Counted from the first letter of the stretch, positions 47,853 to 56,025 are shown. The stretch: DNA of 64,000 nucleotides from Eubacteriales bacterium (GCA_045127215.1 JBGVPV010000046.1:1792-65791), one strand, 5' to 3'. Translations and numbers: made by a program. Notes: a model not told the origin generated them from the letters alone.

Positions 47853-48732
47853 ACTTTATATTATACAGAAAATGCCGAGCCAAGCCCACACGGGAAGGTG
47901 TAACGACTGGACACGGAGCATCCCTCGCGGATGAAGGCACAGTCTGAACTTGCGGGTGACCGTAAGAGCTACGCAGAAATGACGCAGCCTCTGCTTTTGC
48001 AGTGTAACAAAATTGAGTAATTATGATTAAAAATATGCTGCCTCGGACTTTGTTCTCTGCGGCAAAATAGTTCGGCGAATACCTATTTAAAAAAATCGTC
48101 GATAATCTCTTTGGAACCATAACCAAAAGATTGAAAAAAGTAAAATTGGCATGTTTAAATAAAGCATCCGTAAGACGTGTAATAAAAGTTACGGCTCTGA
48201 TCCTAAGTACCCTTATTTGCCTTGGTTCGTTGGTGATAAGCGGTTTTTATTTAACGAACAATGTTTTGGACGAGCATATACTCGACTTTCAAATTGCCAA
48301 GGAGGTGAAATATTGCCTCCCCGTACAGCAATGTACGGAAAACAACTCCGTAAATTCGGCAAACATCTGTTATTGGTGGTGAGCTTTGGCTCACCGCTTT
48401 CTTTTTTAACAATAAACACTTTAGCCACTATCAAAGCGTTATTCTCACGCCGAGATAGTGTATTTTGTTTTTGATAATTTCAAGAGTAGGTATTCTTCCA
48501 AAATCACGCGTATTGTGTCAATGTAAGGCAAGGGTACATATTCCCTCCCCACTGAAGTTCGGTTCAAAAAGTAGGGGTTCACACCCCCTAAAAACGCAAT
48601 TTGGGCTGATTTTTTACGCGCAACGGGAGAGGGACCCTCGATAAGATTTAAGCAACAAGGGGCGAATTTCGCCCCTTGTAATTTTGTCGAAAATATGGTA
48701 AAATATATGTGCAAGATCAAGGAGGTGGAAAT

Positions 48733-49680
48733 ATGGAATTTGACAGAAGCTTACTCGACAAGGAAGGTGCGCCGACCGAGGAAGAAATGCGTGAGTATTT
48801 TATTAAAAACGATTACACGACGGCGAAGTCCGACTTTGATGTTTCAAAGGTGAGTCAGGCTCAGGCGAAGCTATATATAAAAGCCAAAGGCTTTTTCCTT
48901 GACGCATGGTTAAAGCAGCAGAAGAAAATGGGTGGCAAAGGCTCATTGAAGAACTTTTCAAATGACCATCCCTTGAAGCTTATGGAACAGAAAGACGAGG
49001 AGCTTATCGTTGGCGTAGTTGGTAAAATTCTTGGTGACGAGGAGCAATATGTCCAGATCATAGACACCTTCTTCGACCAGATACAGCCTCAGTTCATGGT
49101 GGGATTTAACGCATATGCCGCTTCGGTAAACAAGAATGTTGATGACCTTACCGATGACGAGATCAAAATGGTTGTGGACAAGGTTGCTGATGCTTTCCTT
49201 GAAACAATGATGGAATTATTTATGAAGTCCCAAGGCATTCCCGATGTCATTGGAATGACAAGTGATGTTCACAATCAAACGCATCAGGATTTTCCTGAGA
49301 CTGAAAATTTTGATAAAATTGATTTCCAACGTGCCTTTTATCATACACGTACAGAAATTGATACTATACTTTCTCTGGACGAATTTCAAGAAAATGATAA
49401 CGATACGTGGGAGAGCGCCAAGAGCGTTTTTGAGTTAACGGATGATGAAATCGATCACGTATCAGAGGACAAAAAAGAGCAACTTATTTGGAATGCATAT
49501 TATCAGGTGCTTGATAACGTTGAGCGCGAAATACTCGAGCTACGCATAAAAAAGTTTACCAATGAGGATATTGCAAAACAGCTTGGATATAAAACGCAGA
49601 GTGCCATATCAAAGCGACTTGCAAAGATGCGTAAAAAATTTGACGAGCTTATAAAAGAATTAGATGAACAACTAGATTAA
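48733..49680 (+). CDS. Protein with C-terminal sigma-70 region-4 / LuxR-type HTH
   Basis: ATG at 48733 after AAGGAGGTGG. The C-terminus EREILELRIKKFTNEDIAKQLGYKTQSAISKRLAKMRKKF is a region-4-type HTH. The N-terminal 230 aa are of unknown family. Confidence 0.75.
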   Translation: MEFDRSLLDKEGAPTEEEMREYFIKNDYTTAKSDFDVSKVSQAQAKLYIKAKGFFLDAWLKQQKKMGGKGSLKNFSNDHPLKLMEQKDEELIVGVVGKILGDEEQYVQIIDTFFDQIQPQFMVGFNAYAASVNKNVDDLTDDEIKMVVDKVADAFLETMMELFMKSQGIPDVIGMTSDVHNQTHQDFPETENFDKIDFQRAFYHTRTEIDTILSLDEFQENDNDTWESAKSVFELTDDEIDHVSEDKKEQLIWNAYYQVLDNVEREILELRIKKFTNEDIAKQLGYKTQSAISKRLAKMRKKFDELIKELDEQLD

Positions 49681-49684
49681 ACAC

Positions 49685-49722
49685 AGTCCTTCGGAGTAAG
49701 ATCCGAGGGACTTTTTTATTTT
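49685..49722 (+). terminator. Terminator hairpin
   Basis: agtccttcgga ... tccgagggact followed by TTTTTTATTTTT. Confidence 0.75.
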
Positions 49723-49799
49723 TAAAAATTTTTTGAAAAAATTTTATTATTTTAGGAACATTTTTGGATTTCTATGTCGGGGTACTTATGAGGGGGGAG

Positions 49800-50166
49800 T
49801 GATCCGATATCGGATATCAACCAACTGAGCAGGAGGACCAAGCCGACATTCCTTGGGTAGCAAAGCAAACACTCCTGCACAACTGAATAACCTGCCGTAA
49901 GGATACTTGGACGGTAGTTTTGCCACGACAGCAGATTACAAGATCTGTGTCAAGGGAGAAAGACGCACGAAAGTGCGTTCCGAAAGGACTTGACAAGCGA
50001 AACATTACCTACAAAGAAAACGCGCCAAAGGCGTAGGAACGTAAACGGATGTACAGGGACGCGTAATGTGAGAAAGACGCTGAACTTTCTCTCTCGTAGT
50101 TCTCGGATTACGCAAAACGTAATGTCAGCCATCACTTCTGTTGCGGGAAGTGATGGCTTTTTTCTT
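49800..50166 (+). other. Hairpin-dense non-coding region (candidate structured RNA or replication-control/origin region) ending in an intrinsic terminator
   Basis: No RBS-supported ORF. Many short perfect hairpins: tccgatatcgga, gacgcac gaaa gtgcgtc, acgcgcc aaa ggcgt, attacg caaa cgtaat. Terminal agccatcacttc ... gaagtgatggct plus a T-run at 50128-50166. Confidence 0.4.
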
Positions 50167-50193
50167 TGCAATTTTTTAAGAAAGGAGGACCTT

Positions 50194-50958
50194 ATGAAGA
50201 ATTATTTTCAGGTTCAAAGCGATCTGTTTGACTACGAATTAACACCATATGACATCGCCGTTTACAACTATCTGGCGATGAGAAGAAATCGAAGGACAGG
50301 CACAGCGTGGCCTGCGGTATCAAGTATTGCGAAGGATTGCAATATGGGAGAATCAACGGTAAGACGTTCTATCAAGCTCCTAAAGGAAAAAGGACTTGTT
50401 ATTGTAACGCCGCATTACCAGCCAACTCACAAAGGTTGGAATCGTCAGACGGCAAATATCTATGAGATACCGGGGCTGGATTCACAGTATGATACCGCCC
50501 CTGCTACAAAAGATAATGGGCCGTATCTGGAAGGTGGAGAGGAAATATATACAACCAAAATTAATAGAACTAAATCTATTGAACCATCTTCAACTGAACA
50601 GGATTTTGCCGATGAGGAATACGATGAGCTCAAAGGTATTCTGTTCCATAAAGACGAGCTTTACAGATACACTTCTGCCGATATCGCAGAACTTGCGAGA
50701 CGTTCGCTTGACTCATTATGGCAGAAGAAAAAGATGGCTGTTGATGGTATTGATTACACGCAAGACGAGATCAGGCGTCTCATAGTCGAGGAACTCGACC
50801 CGTGGGTAATGTCGGATGCGATTGAGGCGTATCTGACCGCAGATACGGTTAAAAATCCAAGTGCGTACTTGAGCACATGTATTCTTTCTTCTGCTATTAA
50901 CTATGGCAGTAAGATTGCAAGACAGGCTGAGAAGGATCACCGTGACGGTAAATGGTGA
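50194..50958 (+). CDS. Winged-helix replication-initiator-like / HTH protein
   Basis: ATG at 50194 after AAAGGAGG. LTPYDIAVYNYLAMRRNRRTGTAWPAVSSIAKDCNMGESTVRRSIKLLKEKGLV is a wHTH typical of Rep/DnaD-like element proteins. Confidence 0.75.
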   Translation: MKNYFQVQSDLFDYELTPYDIAVYNYLAMRRNRRTGTAWPAVSSIAKDCNMGESTVRRSIKLLKEKGLVIVTPHYQPTHKGWNRQTANIYEIPGLDSQYDTAPATKDNGPYLEGGEEIYTTKINRTKSIEPSSTEQDFADEEYDELKGILFHKDELYRYTSADIAELARRSLDSLWQKKKMAVDGIDYTQDEIRRLIVEELDPWVMSDAIEAYLTADTVKNPSAYLSTCILSSAINYGSKIARQAEKDHRDGKW

Positions 50959-50964
50959 TTTTGC

Positions 50965-51045
50965 GAGTTTCGCCTTTGTATTACGACCGCCCAAAATGGC
51001 GGCCGCAAAGGCATCGGGCTAAGCCCATACCCCTATATTATTTAC
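50965..51045. other. Candidate oriT (nested inverted repeats upstream of mobC)
   Basis: gcctttg ... caaaggc enclosing ccgcc caaaat ggcgg, directly upstream of the mobC-relaxase pair. Confidence 0.35.
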
Positions 51046-51066
51046 ACTAAAAGAAAGGAAATCAAA

Positions 51067-51387
51067 ATGAAAAACCAAGAACAAAAAACAGTAATTATTC
51101 CGTTCCGTGTCACACCCGCGGAGAAGGAAAAGATCGAAGAAATGTCATACGGACATTACAAGCTGATGAGTGATTTCATCAGAGAATGTATCTTTAAAAA
51201 AGATATTATTATCATCGACGGAGCTGACAAAATTGCCGATGAGCTTCGCCGTATCGGAAACAATATAAACCAACTTACAAGAGCCGCAAATGCGGGAATT
51301 ATCTCTGTGGTTGACCTAAGAGAAACAAGAAAGGAGCTGGCAGAGCTATGGCAATCGTTAAATTCGTTGCAGCGAAACGGACTATAA
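51067..51387 (+). CDS. mobC: MobC-family relaxosome accessory protein
   Basis: RIGNNINQLTRAANAG motif (MobC G-N-N-L-N-Q signature). 106 aa. Overlaps the relaxase gene. Confidence 0.85.
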   Translation: MKNQEQKTVIIPFRVTPAEKEKIEEMSYGHYKLMSDFIRECIFKKDIIIIDGADKIADELRRIGNNINQLTRAANAGIISVVDLRETRKELAELWQSLNSLQRNGL

Positions 51388-52328
51388 AAAGTGCGCTGAA
51401 TTATATTACAAATCCCGAAAAAACAAATGAAACTTTAGTATCGGGTGTCAACTGTACTCCCGAGAGCGCGGAGAGTGAATTTGATTTTACTAAAAGAAAA
51501 TTCAACAAACACGGTGGACGTGAGTACTATCACATCGTCCAATCTTTCAGTCCCGATGACAATATTACTCCCGAGATCGCACACGAAATAGGTATTAAAT
51601 TTGCGGAATATTTCAAGGGATATCAGATAGTAATCTCCACTCATTGTGACAAAGATCATATTCACAACCATATGATTATGAACTCCGTAAATTATAAAAC
51701 GGGAAAGAAATTTCATCAGAGCAAAGAAGATCTAATGCGCGTCAAAGAGTTTTCAAACAAGCTCTGCCTAGAGTACGGTCTCTCTCAAACCGAGCCAAAA
51801 TCCGATTGGAAAGAGATGCCCAAATGGAAAGCGAAGCTTAGAAATGACGCTTATTATGCGGCAAAAGTGTCACGCACAAAAGAAGAATTTATAAAGCTTA
51901 TGAAGAGCTATGGTTACAAAGTAAAATGGGAGGACGGACATAAATATATCACGTTCACCACGCGCGACGGAAAGAAATGCCGTGACAATAAACTCTTTGC
52001 CGAGCAATTATTAAGAGAAAATCTCGAAATTTATTTTGCTCTCGGAGGTTGTGATTCAGGACTAGCGGAGCAGTACGCGGAATACAGAACTCCCGTTAAA
52101 GATAACGTAGGTTATACCTTCGGCAATGGATTATTTATGTTACTCAAAAATCTGCTTGAGAGTGTGCCTCCCGAGATGCAATACGAGCCTCCAATAGAAC
52201 GAGGTGAGCTTGATAAAATGACGCTCATGGAACTTGAAGCTATGGGAATTAAAGTCGAGCCAAAGGCTTTTGTTTACTACTCGGCAAACGAACCTTACGA
52301 GGAAGAGCGTATGGGATTTTATCTATAA
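51348..52328 (+). CDS. Relaxase/mobilization nuclease (MobA/VirD2-type)
   Basis: YYHIVQSFSPDD and the histidine triad STHCDKDHIHNHMIMNSVN. Confidence 0.9.
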   Translation: MAIVKFVAAKRTIKSALNYITNPEKTNETLVSGVNCTPESAESEFDFTKRKFNKHGGREYYHIVQSFSPDDNITPEIAHEIGIKFAEYFKGYQIVISTHCDKDHIHNHMIMNSVNYKTGKKFHQSKEDLMRVKEFSNKLCLEYGLSQTEPKSDWKEMPKWKAKLRNDAYYAAKVSRTKEEFIKLMKSYGYKVKWEDGHKYITFTTRDGKKCRDNKLFAEQLLRENLEIYFALGGCDSGLAEQYAEYRTPVKDNVGYTFGNGLFMLLKNLLESVPPEMQYEPPIERGELDKMTLMELEAMGIKVEPKAFVYYSANEPYEEERMGFYL

Positions 52329-52454
52329 AAAATATATGTCTTGTATGATAACTCTTGCCGTGTGAGCTGGACTTTGAAGTCCGCTTGTGATATCATTGCG
52401 TTACACGGAGGTAGCGCAAAAACCATTTAAGAATAACAAAGAAAGGATAATTTT

Positions 52455-52622
52455 ATGAAGAAAAATAATAGCCTCCCAATCGAAAGAGTCACCTTTGAAT
52501 ACGTTGGAACTGACAAGCAGTTCAATGAATTTCTGCGCTCAGTCATCCACGATTACGTGACAGATGATAAGACCCTGCCTGAGCAGAAAATAACCGATCA
52601 TAACGAGCAAAATATTGCTTGA
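52455..52622 (+). CDS. Small hypothetical protein (55 aa) upstream of the recombinase
   Basis: ATG 6 nt after AAGAAAGGA, with a compact position between the relaxase and recombinase genes. Below the ORF-track cutoff. Confidence 0.4.
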   Translation: MKKNNSLPIERVTFEYVGTDKQFNEFLRSVIHDYVTDDKTLPEQKITDHNEQNIA

Positions 52623-52657
52623 TATGAAATATATTTCAGAAGAAAGGAAAAGAAAAA

Positions 52658-54283
52658 ATGAAAGTATGGTTATACTATCGCTTGTCCAGAGATGAGGACA
52701 AGAAACTGAACTCACTCACCAACCAAAAGAAAATACTCGTGGACTATTGTGACAGCCACGGATATGAGATCGTCGGTGAGTCATTCGACGATAACGTCAG
52801 CGGTATGCACTTTGACCGTGACGGTATCGAAAAAATTTATGAGGAAGTGGATAAGAAAAGCATTGATGCGGTCGTGGTCAAGGACCTATCCCGTTTGGGT
52901 AGGCACAAGACACAGACCGCTATTTTTATCGACTACCTTCGTCAGAACGATATCCGAGTGCTGTCGGTCACCGAAAACATCGACACAAGCAACGAGGATG
53001 ACGAGCTTATCGTTGGCTTCAAGGGAATATTCAACGATATGTACTGCCGCGATATCTCAAAGAAGATACGCGCGGGATACAAGCAAAAGCAGAAATCGGG
53101 GATAGTCCTTATTCCTCCTATGGGTTACTTCAAGGATAAGAACACCGGAAAGGTTGTAATCGTAGAGGAACAAGCCGAGATTGTCCGACGGATATTCACG
53201 CTCTATCTTGACGGATACGGGCTTAAAGCAATTGCCAATATACTCAATGAAGAGGGGATAAAATCCCAAGGATACTATCAGCAGCAGATACTCGGAAAAA
53301 GGCTTGGCAACAATAAACCCGAGATCGCGCACCGCTTCCTGTGGGAGAGCACAGGTGTTAAACGAGTTCTGCAAAATGAGTTCTATACGGGAACTCTCGT
53401 CTGCCATAAGTCCTACACAAATAAAATAAACCACGTGAGGAAAGAACTACCTCCCGAGGAACATTATCGACACGAAAACTTTGTGCCTGCTATCATATCA
53501 AGAGAGATATGGGAGCAGGCACAATTTTTACTATCCGAGAAAGTAAGAAATAATGTGAGAGCATCAAGCGGTAAGCCTTGCCACAGATACACGGGACTTC
53601 TCAAATGCGCTGACTGTGGTTCGAGCTTCAGTTGTAAGACAAGGCGGTGGAAGAATAAACCCGACAGATACGAATACGTCTGCAACGGATACCACCGCTA
53701 CGGCAGTGAAAACTGCACCTCTCACAGAATCGACGAAGCCGACCTCGACAACCTCATATATGAGGAGTTGATGAGTATCAAGGAAGATGCACAAAAGAAT
53801 TACGACAGCATTGAATCCGACGTCAAGCGTTGGCTGTCGCAAAAGAACACCGCAGAAAAGCGTATACGAGAGCTTACGGCAAAGCTGGAACAGCGAAAGA
53901 GCGACCAGCAGTTGATATTGCTTGAACGTATCCGTGATCGAGAACACGCAAGTGTGTACGATGAAATGCTTGTAAAATGCGATGCGGACATCAAGACTCT
54001 AACAGAACAGATCGATGCGATACGAAACTTCGAGGAAACTATCCGCAAGAGAAAAGCCGAGATCAAAAGCGGAATCGATATGCTGGACGAGATCATAGCT
54101 GAGGGAGCTATCAGCAACACGCATCTGCGAATGCTGATAAAGGAAATACTCATAGCAGAGGTGGACGGAAAGCTGAGGATAAAGATACAGATGAAAGCGA
54201 AGTTTAGCTCACACATTGATTTTATCCCCGACTATGACGATCCGATGTATCAGAGTATGGGGCCGTATCAAATAAAGTTATAG
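52658..54283 (+). CDS. Large serine recombinase
   Basis: Resolvase catalytic N-terminus (VWLYYRLSRDED, VVVKDLSRLGR), a recombinase domain, a Cys4 zinc ribbon (CADCGS ... CNGYHRYGSENC) and a C-terminal coiled coil. Confidence 0.93.
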   Translation: MKVWLYYRLSRDEDKKLNSLTNQKKILVDYCDSHGYEIVGESFDDNVSGMHFDRDGIEKIYEEVDKKSIDAVVVKDLSRLGRHKTQTAIFIDYLRQNDIRVLSVTENIDTSNEDDELIVGFKGIFNDMYCRDISKKIRAGYKQKQKSGIVLIPPMGYFKDKNTGKVVIVEEQAEIVRRIFTLYLDGYGLKAIANILNEEGIKSQGYYQQQILGKRLGNNKPEIAHRFLWESTGVKRVLQNEFYTGTLVCHKSYTNKINHVRKELPPEEHYRHENFVPAIISREIWEQAQFLLSEKVRNNVRASSGKPCHRYTGLLKCADCGSSFSCKTRRWKNKPDRYEYVCNGYHRYGSENCTSHRIDEADLDNLIYEELMSIKEDAQKNYDSIESDVKRWLSQKNTAEKRIRELTAKLEQRKSDQQLILLERIRDREHASVYDEMLVKCDADIKTLTEQIDAIRNFEETIRKRKAEIKSGIDMLDEIIAEGAISNTHLRMLIKEILIAEVDGKLRIKIQMKAKFSSHIDFIPDYDDPMYQSMGPYQIKL

Positions 54284-54301
54284 TATAATTATAATATAGT
54301 C

Positions 54302-54335
54302 AGGCAGGTAGTAATCAAACTACCTGCCTAAAATT
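54302..54335 (+). terminator. Terminator after the recombinase gene
   Basis: aggcaggtagt aatcaa actacctgcct hairpin. Confidence 0.7.
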
Positions 54336-54394
54336 AAATCCTAGTTGAAAAAAAGCAAAAACCATGTTATAATTATATAAAAAAGGAGGATATT

Positions 54395-55279
54395 ATGGAT
54401 TTTAAAAATACTAAATCATATTCGAACAATTTTGAATCTTTAATTTTAAATATGCCATCATTAAATGATCAACAACAATATTGTAATAGGTGGTTGAAAC
54501 ATTATGCTGATATTATAAAAAATTCAGACAAAATAGGGTTTATCGATTGGGAAATAAGAAGTTGGAAATCTATAAAAGAGATATATGCCTCAGCCATTTT
54601 TTATAAAGAAGCAGAATATGCCTACGCAAACAGATGTATGAGCTCGTATTATTTTTTGCTTTATTATAGTCTTTTTCATGCAATGTGGTCAACACTATGT
54701 TATTCAGTTAATATTAATATTGAAACTTTATTGCAACTTACACATCAAAATTTAGGAAATTCATTCAAAAATACATTTTGTACGGGTAATAATGCTATTG
54801 TCAAAGAAGAAATATATACTACTTTTACTCAGTTAAAATTATTGCGTGAATATTATAGTTATACACCCCCATTAAATCTTTCACTTTACAAAGAAGAATA
54901 TATAAAAAAACTTGACGAGTGTTTGACACAATGCTTTCAATTGAGCAACTTACACTCTTTCCTACTAGAAAAATCATTCCAGAAGCATGGATGTATTCAA
55001 AAAATTTCCACTAGTAATGAACGAGAGTATTTTTTGGAAATGTTTAAAAAAGCGGTAGCACCTAAAAACACGGACGACAATAACTGTATTTTAGATGAAG
55101 CAGATAATAATCGAAAAAAAGAAATCTTATGTCAAGGTGTTGGGGGGTACACATCAATACGTATTGAACTTGATCATACTTTTGATGAATTTAGATCATA
55201 CAATGACTCAAGTCGATTTTTTTCAAAAGGAATTAGTTCGCAAGATATTTATTCCTATATTTATGATAAAATTGTATAA
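54395..55279 (+). CDS. AT-rich orphan hypothetical protein (294 aa)
   Basis: AAAGGAGG RBS and an intact ORF. Codon usage is visibly much more AT-rich than its neighbours. No motif recognised. Confidence 0.7.
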   Translation: MDFKNTKSYSNNFESLILNMPSLNDQQQYCNRWLKHYADIIKNSDKIGFIDWEIRSWKSIKEIYASAIFYKEAEYAYANRCMSSYYFLLYYSLFHAMWSTLCYSVNINIETLLQLTHQNLGNSFKNTFCTGNNAIVKEEIYTTFTQLKLLREYYSYTPPLNLSLYKEEYIKKLDECLTQCFQLSNLHSFLLEKSFQKHGCIQKISTSNEREYFLEMFKKAVAPKNTDDNNCILDEADNNRKKEILCQGVGGYTSIRIELDHTFDEFRSYNDSSRFFSKGISSQDIYSYIYDKIV

Positions 55280-55342
55280 TAAATAATTTGGCAGACACGC
55301 AACATAAGCTAATGAGCCGTGGTTACGTGTCTGCCAACAATT

Positions 55343-55384
55343 TTCAAAAGAGAAAAGCCTCGAAAACGTAGTGTTTTCAAGGCT
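55343..55384 (-). terminator. Terminator of the element-borne tRNA-Leu
   Basis: On the minus strand: agccttgaaaac ... gttttcgaggct hairpin followed by TTTTCTCTTTT, immediately 3-prime of the tRNA. Confidence 0.7.
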
Positions 55385-55389
55385 TCCGA

Positions 55390-55476
55390 TGGTGCGGGTA
55401 ACAGGACTTGAACCTGCACCTCCTTGCAAAGACTAGAACCTGAATCTAGCGCGTCTGCCAGTTCCGCCATACCCGC
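55390..55476 (-). tRNA. tRNA-Leu (anticodon CAG), CCA-encoded, long variable arm
   Basis: The reverse complement GCGGGTATGGCGGAACTGGCAGACGCGCTAGATTCAGGTTCTAGTCTTTGCAAGGAGGTGCAGGTTCAAGTCCTGTTACCCGCACCA folds as a cloverleaf: 7-bp acceptor stem, CTAGA/TCTAG anticodon stem, loop TTCAGGT, T-loop TTCAAGT. Confidence 0.93.
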
Positions 55477-55586
55477 ATATTAAGTTTTCCTTTAATTTTT
55501 ACACGGAGTGAGGTCTCCGAAGCGGGACATGTAACAAGTCGTTAAGGCGTTCACCAAGTGTGACGATGTGTCACTGAAGTGACACG

Positions 55587-55625
55587 ACCTGAATCTAGCG
55601 CGTCTGCCAATTCCGCCATACCCGC
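55587..55625 (-). pseudogene. 5-prime fragment of the split tRNA-Leu(CAG), position 1 to the anticodon loop; right junction of the element
   Basis: 39 nt match 55438..55476 with one substitution (A at 55610 versus G). Homology starts exactly at ACCTGA (55587-55592). Confidence 0.85.
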
Positions 55626-55667
55626 ATATGAGGTAATAGGTAAGAGTGAATAGTGAAGAAGTGAGAA

Positions 55668-55702
55668 GTGCAGAATGCAGAGTGCAGAGTGCAGAGTGCA
55701 GA
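55668..55702. repeat. Heptanucleotide tandem repeat (GTGCAGA-like, 5 copies)
   Basis: gtgcaga atgcaga gtgcaga gtgcaga gtgcaga, embedded in a purine-rich tract and bracketed by the inverted repeat gagtgaat / attcactc. Confidence 0.8.
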
Positions 55703-56025
55703 GCACGAATTCACTCGTAATATTACCGGAAGCTTTGAAGCATCAAAGCATTAATTATAATACCATATTTAACATGATTTGTCAAGACCAAATTCAAAAA
55801 CATTTTAACCTTTGGCTTCCCTATTTTCATTTTTTCAAATCGGGAGGATAATATCCTCCCCTGCGGTAGAAAAACAATCCACCCGTAGTGACCGACTTAA
55901 CAAAGCGATGTAAAAGTAGGAATGGATTTTCACCGTATATTTTTCATTTTTTTCACAAAATTATATAGCAGCTATTGTCATAATAACCAAAAATATTATT
56001 TTTTTATATATTTTTTTATAAATAC

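Larger units (their letters stand above)
31757..55586. mobile_element. Integrative mobilizable element (about 23.8 kb) inserted in the anticodon loop of tRNA-Leu(CAG)
   Basis: Bounded by complementary tRNA-Leu fragments that both end at the hexamer ACCTGA. Contains a large serine recombinase, MobC, a relaxase, a Rep-like wHTH protein, a KTR protein and cargo operons. Confidence 0.8.

Noticed and set aside
47803-48126. 107-aa minus-strand ORF downstream of the DUF2971 gene.
   Set aside because: It overlaps the 3-prime end of the DUF2971 CDS, has no RBS, and gives a Pro/Ser/Arg-rich translation typical of a GC-rich non-coding stretch.
49990-50193. N-terminal 68-codon extension of the Rep-like ORF as given in the ORF track.
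   Set aside because: The extension runs through an intrinsic terminator hairpin and has no RBS. A strong AAAGGAGG plus ATG occurs at 50194, where the wHTH domain begins.
31757-55586. Possibility that the island is a prophage.
   Set aside because: There are no capsid, portal, terminase, tail or lysis genes. MobC, a relaxase and a Rep-like protein instead point to an integrative mobilizable element.
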